DNA from: Paraspadella gotoi
Taxonomy: Eukaryota > Animalia > Chaetognatha
Assembly: GCA_051294375.1 (NCBI GenBank)
Contig: CM119267.1
Location: 8,594,843-8,658,842 of the forward strand
Length of the DNA: 64,000 bases
Reading direction: 5' to 3'
Shown piece after piece: positions 26,304 to 37,560 of this stretch. A model generated the notes under the pieces. That model made no database searches, was not told where the DNA came from, and saw only the letters and a list, made by a program, of their open reading frames with translations. The translations under genes and the position numbers were made by a program. The first letter of the stretch is position 1, and every line of letters starts with the position of its first letter.

Positions 26304-26624
26304 AGAGCTTCTTTCATTCTCTCGCAATTTAGTGAAGCGTCGTTGAAACAGGATTTATGTTCGCCTTTTTTATCTCGTTTATGCTCCGTTCACCTTCGGG
26401 CTTCCAAAGGCGAAGTATCTGTTTTGCCTGAGCTCTCACATTTGCGATACTCGTCTCACAACCCAGTCACAACTCTACTTCCTGAATTCACAATCTCTCT
26501 GATCCACACCCGACCACTTCCACGCCCACACGTCGTCCGAGCCGATCCCTCCTTTCGTCAGACATAAATTTTTTTACAAATGGGCGGCGGCGGTGGAGGT
26601 GGCGGCGGCGGCGGCGGCGGCGGC
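26300..26624 (+). repeat. Block A fragment (direct copy of about 16085-16400)
   Basis: gcttctttcattctctcgc...gacataaattttttacaaatgggcggcggcggtggaggtggc is nearly identical to the reference copy. Ends at a 25-N gap. Confidence 0.9.
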
Positions 26625-26649
26625 NNNNNNNNNNNNNNNNNNNNNNNNN

Positions 26650-29600
26650 GTATCTTTCTTATCTGACAAATTTAGATAAATTCCGTTTCTACTAAAGCCA
26701 AAGAGGTCATGCCAAGGTTCTTCTTCTCGTTATTACTTTCTTGATCCTCAGATAATGTTTTTTTGTTTCGCTCTCCTATTCTTTGGGGCCAATATCCCAT
26801 AAATATCTTCATTTCGCCACCGTCTACCGAACGTCAAAATATAACGAGTTGATATTTTTTATCAGCGTTCGCGCACATTCGTTTTCTGAAATTACACATT
26901 TGAAAAGTAACTAAAATTACTTTTTTTCCATGAAGAAAGCCTTTTTCTTGAGTAAAAAACATTTTTTCGATAGTAAAGAAATTTGAAATTATACGTGTAC
27001 AGTACGTGAGTCAAAGGAGAACGTGAGAGTATCTCTCTGCTCTCTCTCGAGATCATCCAAACAATTTTAAATTGCTCATTCGCACTTTTTCTTGTGTAAA
27101 AAAAAGAAAGTGTGTTTTTTTTATATTTTAAAAATATAAACGGGACGAACGCGTGGCGAGCGAGCGAATCCCCTTGAGACGTCGCGTGGAAATACGGAGG
27201 GACGAAAAATAAAAGAAAGAAAAGATGAAAAAAAAAAATGTAAGTGGAAATGTGAATATGTCTTAGCTAAAGGAGAGAGAGACAGAGAGAGAGAGAGAGA
27301 TGAGAGAGAGGAGAGAGAGAGAGAGAGAGAAAGAAATATCGCGAAAAGCCCGCAGGAAGGAAAATTTTAGACGTATTTATAAGGTAGATGGAAAAATGAG
27401 AGCTAAGAGAGGGAGAAGAAGGGAGAGAAGAGAAGAGAAGAGAGAGAAGGAGAGAGAGAGAGAGAGAAGATAGATATGAGAGAAGAAAGGGGGAAGAGAT
27501 GAGAGAGAAGGAGAGAGAGATGAAGTCGAGAGGACGAGAGAAAGGAGAGGCGAGAGAGAGAGAGAGAAAAAGGAAGAGGAGTGAAAGAGGAAGAGTTGGA
27601 AACACATGTGTAATTTCTTATCCTGCTTTCGGGTTAAGAACGTTTCTGGTAGAGGATCCTTTATCCGCCGCCGCCAGCCCGCCGCCGGCCGCGCCACTCG
27701 CGCGCCGCCCCGCCACTCCGCACCGCCAGCCGCCCATTTGTAAAAAAATTTAATGTCTGGACGAAAGGAGGGATCGCGCCGGACGACGGTGGGGCGTGAA
27801 AGTGGTCGGGTGTGGATGCAGAGAGATTGTGAATTCAGGAAGTAGGAGTTGTTGACTAGGGGTTGTGAGAGCGAGTATCGCAATAATGTGAGAGACTGCA
27901 GGCAAAAAAAGATACTTGTCGGCGCTTTGGAGAAGCCCGAAGGTGAACGGGCAATAAACGAGAATAAAAAAAGGCGGAAGCAATAATCTGCCTTTCAACA
28001 GACGCTTCACTAATTGGCGAGAGAATGAAAGAAGCATAGCTACTCTCATCTCTCTATCTTCTTGCTCTGCTCTCTGCCTCGTCTCTCACTGTCATTCTCT
28101 CTCTTCTCTCTCTACTCTCTCGTCTCATCAATTCTCTCTCTTGCATCTGCGTATAAAAAGACAGATGGATGGCAATCACGGCAACGAACTTCGCGTCCCA
28201 GCAGCCCGAAGTATAAATGACTTTCCTTACACCGCTCTCTCGTTCCTTCACTTTACATCCCGTATTTCTTCAATCTTCATATGCTATCCTTTGTTTCAAT
28301 TTCTCTATCACTCACCAATACTCGCTTTATATGTCGCATACTTCTTCTTCAAACCTTCGCCATCATTACCTCGGTCATCATTCCTCTCCGCCACCTTTCG
28401 CCTCGGTCTCTAGCTCTTTCCTCAGTCTCTACTTGTGCATTTCTAAACCACTTTTCTATAATCGACCATGTCAAACCATCCTTCCACGCATAATCCGTTG
28501 ATACGAGATTTGCTATGTAGTCTATCGCTCAAACAAGATTTCACTCTCATATTCTTTCTACGTTACCCAAGCTTCTTCGCTTGCTCTTTCTCTTCCAATC
28601 TACTTGCCTTGCCTTACTCTCTTCCTCCTATCTTCCTTCACTTCTTCCTTCCTCTTGTTCTTCTTCGCTTTCCTCCCCATCTCCTACTTTCCTTCTCTCC
28701 TTTATCCTCGTTCTATCCTCCTACTTTCCTAGTCTCTTGCTTCATCCTAGTCTTTCTTCTTTCTAGACGATTCCTTCTTTCCCATCCCTTCCGTTCGCTC
28801 CATCTTTGACGAATCTCAGGCTTTCATGTCCTCAAATGCATTCCTTCGCTTCCAGTCATCCTTCTTCCTTCGTTTGCCCGCCATATCTTTTTCTTCCTTC
28901 CTCCTTACTTCCTTCCTGTCCTTCCATTCCCCTTCCTTCCTTCATCATTCCTACTTTCGGCTTATCCTCTCCTCTTCCTATACCTTCCTTCCTTCGCTTG
29001 CCGTTCCTTGCCTTCCCTTCCTTCCTTTACTTCCTTCTTCTTCCTTCGCTTCGCTTCCATCTTTCCTACTTTCCTTTCTTTCGCCTCTTCATCCTTCACC
29101 TTCTTTCCTTCCTTCCTTCCTCCTTCCTTCCTTCCTTCCTCCTTCCTTTCCTTCCTTCCTTCTTTTTTCCTCCCTTTCTTGCCTACCTTCACCTTTCTCC
29201 TTTCCCTTCATTTCACAAACACTTCAATTCTTGTCGTTACTTTCCTTTTGATTCTTTGGTTCCGCTTCCTTCCTCTCAGCCATTCATCATCTCTAATTTC
29301 TTCCCCGCCTTCTTACTCCTCTTTCTCCCCCCCAACCAACATCTCGCTTCGCCACGACGTCACGCGCTGTTTATTTTTCATCCTCCCTTCAAAGGGAAGA
29401 CGCGTTTGTTATGAAGAAAAAATGGATTTTTACGATTTAAAAATCTTTCGCGCGATTCGCCCCGAGATTCCCGTGTGTTTTGAAACGTGTCTTTCGAGAA
29501 GTTTTCCTTTATTTTTTTTTTAAAACACACACATAAATATCCAGAACTTCTTGTTGACTTTTATCAGAAATTTACTGGTTTGTGAATCTTGTGAGGGCAG

Positions 29601-30415
29601 GGTGGGGCAGATTAAATTGTAATTTTCCTTTGGGCCGGATGGCCGTTTTGTCTCTAATTCTATGAGAAATCAATAAGAGGACAGCCTTTTCGATTTGTGT
29701 AAAGTATAAGAATATATATTGAAGTTTAACAATGATTACGTCGAGAAAATGAAAGAATCGACAAAAAGAAGACTCCGGCGTCATGACCGGTGAAAATAAG
29801 TCCCAGCGTCCGTCCGTCTGTCCCGTCGTTTTAAAAAAATGGGAAAGAGAGAAAGATAATTGAAAAAGAGGGAAAAGATGTGCTTCACCAAACGACCGAT
29901 TGAAACAAGAGCGACATAAACCATTTAGTCTCACTAAAATGGATAAAATCTTATCCAATGGGCCATAACCCATCGCTTTCAAACTTTTTATTATCAGTTA
30001 TGTAAAAAATGTTATGTGCGAGTGTTGGAATTGTTAAAAGCTTTATCTAAACGAAACTTGTCTTATTTTTGAGATGGTACTAATTTATTTTGGTATTTAA
30101 CATTCCAACCAATCCCCCTCTTTTTGTAAACAGACTAAGCAATTTTCCGACTCATTATTCCGACTCTTTTGTTACCTCAACCTTCCCGAGTAACTCACCT
30201 TTTCCGCCCCTCCCTCATCATGAGTCATTACCCAATTCTCTCTTTCCTCTCCGCTCCGCCCAAGCGTTTGACGTTTCTAATGACTCCCTCTCCATTTCTC
30301 TCTCTCCACTTTGATTTACTCTTCCTTCTGTTGATGATTCGACTGCGAGCCAAATTGCGGGCGCCATAAAAAACGAGCTCTCTCGTCTCTCTTCTCATCT
30401 CTCTCTCTCGTCTCT

Positions 30416-30487
<72 letters not shown>

Positions 30488-30786
30488 CTCTCTCACAGTA
30501 CTGGCCCCGGTGACCAGTTATCTTCTCAATCCGTTTTCCGCTTCCACTTTCTGATTCCAATAAAAAGATAATCATTCATTGAGGCTTATTAAGTCGGGAA
30601 ACTTCTGTGAAAACCTGTGTTTTATTCGGTGATGTTTTGACCTCACGACTCACACTTTGAAGTCGTATTAGAAGAAAGGACGATGTTGATTCTTTTTCTT
30701 GATGTTAGAAGGGGTACTAACTAGAAAAGTGAGAGGGAGGGGGAAGGGCGGACGACCTAAGAGAAAAGAATGCTTGACTCGCCGAG
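26650..30786 (-). repeat. Block A inverted copy (reverse complement of about 13410-17300)
   Basis: ttctcgttattactttcttg at about 26725 is the reverse complement of about 17250-17268. cttgactcgccgagt at about 30773 is the reverse complement of about 13410-13423. Confidence 0.9.
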
Positions 30787-31460
30787 TTAAAGGCGTAGTA
30801 AAATTTCTAAATTTAACTTTAATTAAAAATTCTAAAGTGAGGGAACGACAAGGATGTATACTTACAAAACATTTATGTATAAAATTTATAATAAATTTTA
30901 CAATTTAGGACGCAGTAAAGCCATATTTATACTAGTACTGAAAACCAATAAATGTTAAAATTTCAAAACAGTTTTTCTAAACATTTTTTTGGCAGTGTGG
31001 ATTTGTTCATAAAAAAGTTGAAAATAAAAAGAAATATACGCTCTTTTTAAAAAATTCCTTCATTAAGTCGGGGTTGCAAAAATTAGAAAATAATTTTTTT
31101 AAAGATAATGTTATATTTTTCTTTTATTCAACTTTTTGACGAGGAATGTGCAAATCAGCAATCAAAAATAAGAAAAGCCTATTTTGATTTTTTTTTGATT
31201 TTATAAGGATAAGTAAATATATATACAATATAGCCCTACTGTGAAATAAAAAACATAAAATTATTTTTTTTTAACCAATAGATTTATAGTTCACATGATG
31301 GCGACTGTGCTGCAGGATACTTTCTGCGTGTAGCCGCTCATTGATTGGTATGTGTTCATCTAACGACATGGGAAAGGTAAAGTGGGTGTTCGACTTTCTC
31401 CTTGGAAAATCATTGCAGACCTTTAAGCACTAGAAATTTCCATGACTATGAATAAACCTT
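30787..31460. mobile_element. Further copy of the fold-back MITE, with the central spacer largely deleted
   Basis: Starts TTAAAGGCGTAGTAAAATTTCTAAATTTAACTTTAATTAAAA. Collinear with the reverse complement of 10190-10768 but lacks about 85 bp of the centre. The distal end is noisy. Confidence 0.65.
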
Positions 31461-33279
31461 GTACCCTCAACACAGTGAAACGCAATGGTGTTAGAAGCAG
31501 AGAATTCGCTTCGAGGGCCCTAATGAACCTGTGTCTTGTAAACAGGCCCGTTTCTCGCTTTCGGGCAAGCCGCCGGGACTCTGAAGAGGAAAGAAAATAA
31601 TATGACCGGAACACCAGTGTAGAGATTCCGAGAGCTACGCACTTCCAGTTAGTAGGTAGCTTCGTTTACTATATTGTATTCCGAAAGTATAGTCGGTGTT
31701 GAAGAACTCACCATCTCCCTATGGAACCGTCAGAAGAAAGTAGAAGAAGAATGTAACGAAGGTAAAAGAGGAAATATTAAGAAAACAGATCGGACTGCGA
31801 AAAAGAGAGAGAAAGAGAAAAAAACAGCAGGTTAAACGAGAGAGACGAGAATTAATTAAGAGATGAAGGCAATAATAAAGAGAAGAAAAGAGCGCGTTGC
31901 GCGTACCACGCGACGACCGATAAGTATACCGCAGAATGTACCCGAACCTAATTTCCCAATCTCCGAAACCTTGTTTGCAGAGCCTCGATCGACGGTGAAT
32001 CCCGAGTGGACTCCAATTAAAAAAATTTTAAAAATCTTTCCATCATATTAGAATACGAAAAGTTGCACAAACAGTAAATAATAAAACACGAAATAACAAA
32101 ACGTCGGTTTATGCATCGTCCGTCCTCGTCGTGTAATGCTAAGTCCGTTACCTGAGCCGTGATCGGTTGATTTACCTATTATTCCTCGTCGCCATTGGCA
32201 TCTACAACTTAAAAAGTCCATGCACCTATGGCAGTTTGAGGTTATATTTCAAATAAGCATATATATAGATAATAAAAGAGTGAAATATTAACGATTGAAA
32301 TTAATTGCTTATCAGATTTTTTTTTTTTATTTATAGTCTTTATTTTTATGTTTTTGTATTTTTTATTTTATATTATTTTTTTTTTTTTAATAGAAGGTGT
32401 AAAGATGGCAAATTTGGATCTTACCCAGGCAGAGTAAAATAAAATAGTGTTTTCTCTTAAAACAAAAGGATAATGAAAGAAAAAAAAAGGACTAAGAGGG
32501 AAGTAGTTTACTGATACTGGCCGAACGGCAAAAAACCTGTAGATGATAGAGTGAATGTACATAACAATATGATTTATTGTAGGTGAATGAGTGCACAAAA
32601 AATTATAGAGATAAAGATCTAGTCAGATTATTGAGTTATTGACACAGTACAATAAATTTTAAAAAATGAAATATTGAAATTATTAAAAGTTTACAATCAT
32701 TAACTTTGGGACCCAAGTACTAACTTGTGGAGCTTTATTTCATAGCTACTTATTTATTACACACTTTTGTATCAGCAGGTGTACATGTTTATCGTATTAT
32801 TGCATCTTTATTCCAGCGTGTCCTTATATATTTTTATTGACCAGTGACAGTATCTAATTATACTGCTCGTCCAGAGACTCGTAGAGGTTACTTTCACATA
32901 ATGTGTCGGCACGCTGGACATCTCACACGGTGTAAAACTTTATTAACTATCATTTATTATTAATTACTTAATGCTCTAATTATTATTAATCTTCATACGG
33001 GCTGCGGTTTTGGAGAACGTGTCGCACTAGATCATGGGCTGACGTTTTTTACACTTGGTTTTCTGTTTGGGATGAAAGATTTTGTTCTTGTATCCTCCTT
33101 AAATTTATTTTGAATTTTAATTTTTTGTTAATCCCAATGATTATTGTTCCCCGATTAAGAATTTGAGTGTTGTTCAGAGATGAAGACATTTTTCCCAATT
33201 CCGTTCATCCACCAAAAGTACCGTTCGCCGTTGACGGTGCGACCAATTGGGTGAAGAGGTAAGTTAAGGATTCAAACAA

Positions 33280-33960
33280 AATTCTCCGTTAAGAGCTGTT
33301 GAACTCTCAGTAGACTTTTTTTTTCTGCAATTCTTGCTTTGCCTAAGAAAATTGTACTTCCCCCCCGTTTTTTTTCCCCAGCCGCCTTAATCGAATTAAT
33401 CTCCTATTTCTTCTGTCCCTATACTATCAAACCGACTTTTCAAACTTTTCAAGCTTCGCTCTCGGTCACAGAATCGGGAATTTGACGTTTTCGAGCAAAG
33501 CAGTTACTCTATCTGTTTTTTTGCACTTTCCACGAAAAAACACTGCTGTTTTTTTTTTTTTTAGCTTTTTCCTTCGCGAATTCGTCGTCGGCCTTGAAAA
33601 GGGGAATCGAAAATTCCTTGGTAGAAGCGGAGGTCGTGTTTGTAGTTATTGAAGACAAAGATCCTGTCGTGCGGGGAGGTTTCTTTCTTTTTTCGTAATA
33701 TCACCGCCTTGCTTCAATTTTTCGCCGGTCTTTCGTTTTTTGTCGTTAGTCTCGTCCTCATTCTTCATTTTTTGGTAAACCGCCTTCTAATATGGAATAA
33801 TTGGAGGCCCGAATCTTTGGGTAGGAAACTACAGATTTGCCCATTGTGCCTTTCGGTGAAGAATTAGTTAGTGGATATGTTACGTTGTGCGTTTCCGCAG
33901 AGCCTACATTAAAGTCTTCGTGTGGTGTTCGTTTTTTTTGTTGGCTGGCTCGCTCCCAAT
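33280..33960 (-). repeat. Very noisy block A fragment (copy of 23525-24000, reverse complement of about 12300-12780)
   Basis: Shared anchors aaaattctccgttaaga, tagacttttttt, gggaatttgac, ttcgtcgtcg, cagcctacatta, with many inserted bases. Confidence 0.8.
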
Positions 33961-34642
33961 TTGTAGTGCGTACCGTGCATTGTTAAAGGCTGTTTTTGTT
34001 TTTTTTCCATGTGTGTAGCAAACTCTCCTGGCAGAAGGAAATAGTGAGTGGTTGAAGGATTTTTTCTTCGGTCGCCGCCAGGCCCGAGGCAGGAAAGGCA
34101 AATAACATGGCGCTGCCAAGCGTCCGGCCCAGCACATGCTCTTTGATCTGTAGAAGCGGGTTGTAGCGTGTCATTCGTCCCAGCGGCGGTCAACGTGACT
34201 CGCTAATGGGAGATCTGACCGCAGAGCCGCCTCACATCTCCAGTAATACTGAGTTGTAAGTAATAAAAAGATAGCGTAATACCACATAAAAGATGAAAAC
34301 GATTTTCATCAATGATAAAAATTTTCGTAAATGAGTTTTAGTTTTTAGTTTTGGTCTCAAGGGAAAATATTCTCTATAGATACGGACAATTTCTACCATT
34401 ACAAAAATCTTTAGCATCTGTACCATCTATTGCAACTCCTCAATCTTTATTCTCTTCCATTCTATTCCATCCCCCACCAACCCTTGCCAACTCTTCTCAA
34501 ACTTCACTCTGTTATAATTCCTTTTCGCTTTATCCGAATCCTTCTGTCACTCGGCCTCCCGAATCCACGATTTCTGCCGCCGACCGCAAAATACTCATTT
34601 GCATAATGGAGTCGTTTGAGAGGGTCCGTCGAGAGGGGAGCC

Positions 34643-34737
<95 letters not shown>

Positions 34738-37195
34738 GTCTACCCCTCAGCCCTGAAGATGTTAAAAAGATCCGAAACAGTTTTAAAGGAAAATAAAACT
34801 TTAAAAAAATGAAAAAAATATTAAGTGTGGATGAAGAAATGAAATGAGGAAAATATGCAAATGTAAACAATAATCTTTCCGACCGAAGGAAATTGAATAA
34901 GTCACGGTTTCAGATGTTATGTATAATTTTATTTAGATGGAATTGTACATTCATGAATTTATTAAGTCATGATCCGATCTACATCCATAAAGTGATCGAT
35001 CGATGAGTTTAGTCGGAAAAAAAAAACTTTGTAGCGGAAGTATGTCGTCTGCAAACAAACTCTCCCTTCGAGAGAGTTCCGTCCACTCAAAAAACTCTCC
35101 TTTAATAAACAAACAAAGATGACTTTTCCTTCCTTTCCTTTTCTTTCCTTTCTTTGGTCTCCTCTCCCTTATTTTAACGCTCCTTTTCCTCTCTCTCCCT
35201 CCTTTTCATTCAATTTCTTCTCTCCTTCTTTTCTCCTCTCTCGATCCTCTCCTTTTCTCCCTTCCTCCACGGGCGACAAAAGAAAATCCGAGGAAATCGA
35301 GCGCGAGTTCTTTAAATATGCAAATTAGGTTATTGGCAATCTCGGAGCGAAACGAATGAAACGCCAAAGGAGTTCGGATCGAAACGGTGGAGGAGGATCC
35401 GGGGCCGCGCCGTTTGTGACCATCGTCGTCGAAGGATATATCAATTAAACAATAGAATTTAAACATTTGTCCTGTTCACAATATTCATAACCTCGATCTG
35501 CAGCTATTTTTGTGTTATGGTTTCAATTTAGCATCACCAAGTCATGGTCTTTTAAAACAAACCGTGGCGTTTTGAAAACTTGATCTGCGTTGATGAAGTC
35601 TAATAAATAGTCGAAACTTGTCCGTTGTTATTAACCATTAAAAACATATTATTTCATTTATCAATAACTCCAAAGCTAAGTGAGCCAAACATCGTGGATC
35701 CAAATAAGGGTAAGAGAACCGTCGTTCTCGGCGACTTTCGATTGTAAACGTAGGACTTTCCCCCTCTCACTTGTCGGGCCGACAATAATCCTCATAATGA
35801 GTAAAATTTACTACCCTGTTTTTTCGATAACATTAAGGTTTGAATTTGTGAATGAAAGAGCTTATTTTAGAACGTGTTCCTTATCCCTTTTATACCCCAA
35901 ACTCCACCCCGAAAGGCAGGCGGGGGAATTCATTAATTTCTCCAATTGAGTTTAAGCTTCCCGCATCACGTTTTGCGGAAATGCGATGCACGTTGTTATA
36001 CAAAACTCATAATAAACTTGATCTTTTTTAAATTATTTAAATGGTCTTAGGAGAGAATTTTTTTACAAGTATTCTCACCTCTCTCTCTCTCTCTCTTCGT
36101 CTCTCTCTCTCTCCTCTCTCTCTTCCCTCTCCTCTCTCTCTCTCTCTCTCTCTGCTCTCATTCTCTATCTCTTGGGCAATCGCCCGACGTATCCGAGCCA
36201 ACTCCTCTATATATCATACAGTGAAACATGAACGGCCAAGGTCATCGTTGGCAATTGCACTCATGCCCACGTGAAAAAACGATGGCCCCGGATGATAAAA
36301 CGAGGAAGGAAAAGAGACAAGAGTACATAACGTGGTGTTGAGAGATTGATGTGAGGTCATGGATTGGGATTAGGGGTGAGGAAGGTAGAGTAGAGACTTT
36401 ACGCAGAGAGAGAGAGAGGACGATGAGAGAGAGAGAGATGAGAGAGATGAAGGAGAGCGGAGAGGATGAGGAGGAGAGAGAGACTTAACCAACCAGTACA
36501 GCTTTGCTGGGGGGAGAAACCAAGACAAACCGAGAGACTGACAGAAAGACAAGCAACCAGACAAGAGGAACCGACAATGATGATATCTGTGTTCAAACGT
36601 CAGAATTAAAAAGCGGCGACTTTGACGCCGGCGGCGAAAGGACGCCGACGCCGATTCCGACCAGGAGTTTCTTTCCTCAACTTCGTCAATTTCAAACCCT
36701 TACTTTTCGTTGGCGTCGAAATGTTTGTAATCTTTCTTTGTTAAAAATAAAATAAAGCGACAAAAAATATTTCATTTTTTCAGAAGCCAGTTTTACGAGT
36801 GATTTAACATTGCCTGTGACAAGGAATGGATCTCCTGAGACATCATCAGGCTTAACAGTCGGCTTTGGAAGTCCATGGGCTAGTAGTCGCATGGTCGCAC
36901 AGTCGCGAGCCGCAAGTCCCAATACACTGACACACTGAGTCAAGAGAATTGAAAAACTAAGAGGTTGAACCAGGAGCTGAGATTGTAGTGTGGTATCTGA
37001 CGTGAGCTTAAGTGTGTGCCTGTCATGTCATGTAGGCTGTATCGTCCACTAAGGTTACTTTCACGATTTAAAACAATTCTCAATAAATATAATCCACACT
37101 CACATCCAAACAAATGTCTGAGCGAATATTAGTGCCTCACGTAGTTGTTCCTCGCCGACCATACAAAATCATCCTTGGAGAACCATAAAAAATGT

Positions 37196-37239
<44 letters not shown>

Positions 37240-37433
37240 TCTCGCTTCATTAATTGCCTTATTCAAATGGGGTGTGCGGTTGCCCCCGCTCTTTCTTTTT
37301 TCCCCTCATTTTCCGCGAGATTCGCAATAACTATTTTTTTTTGTCTCGAAACATCAGAACAAAAAAGCAGCGAAAGAAAACATTGGCGCCGTCTTCGCCC
37401 CCGCAAAGGAATCGTGAAGAGAGAGGAGAGAGA

Positions 37434-37477
<44 letters not shown>

Positions 37478-37478
37478 A

Positions 37479-37520
<42 letters not shown>

Positions 37521-37560
37521 GAGGAGAGACGAGAGAGAAAGAGAGAGAGAGAGAGAAGAG

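Noticed and set aside
31427-31447. About 20-nt similarity to the reverse complement of the 3.5-kb element LTR
   Set aside because: It is short, lies in noisy sequence, and is equally explained as the distal MITE arm.
33985-34240. Complex-looking short ORFs, possible foreign fragment
   Set aside because: No recognisable homology, and it lies at the junction between a noisy read segment and cleaner sequence.
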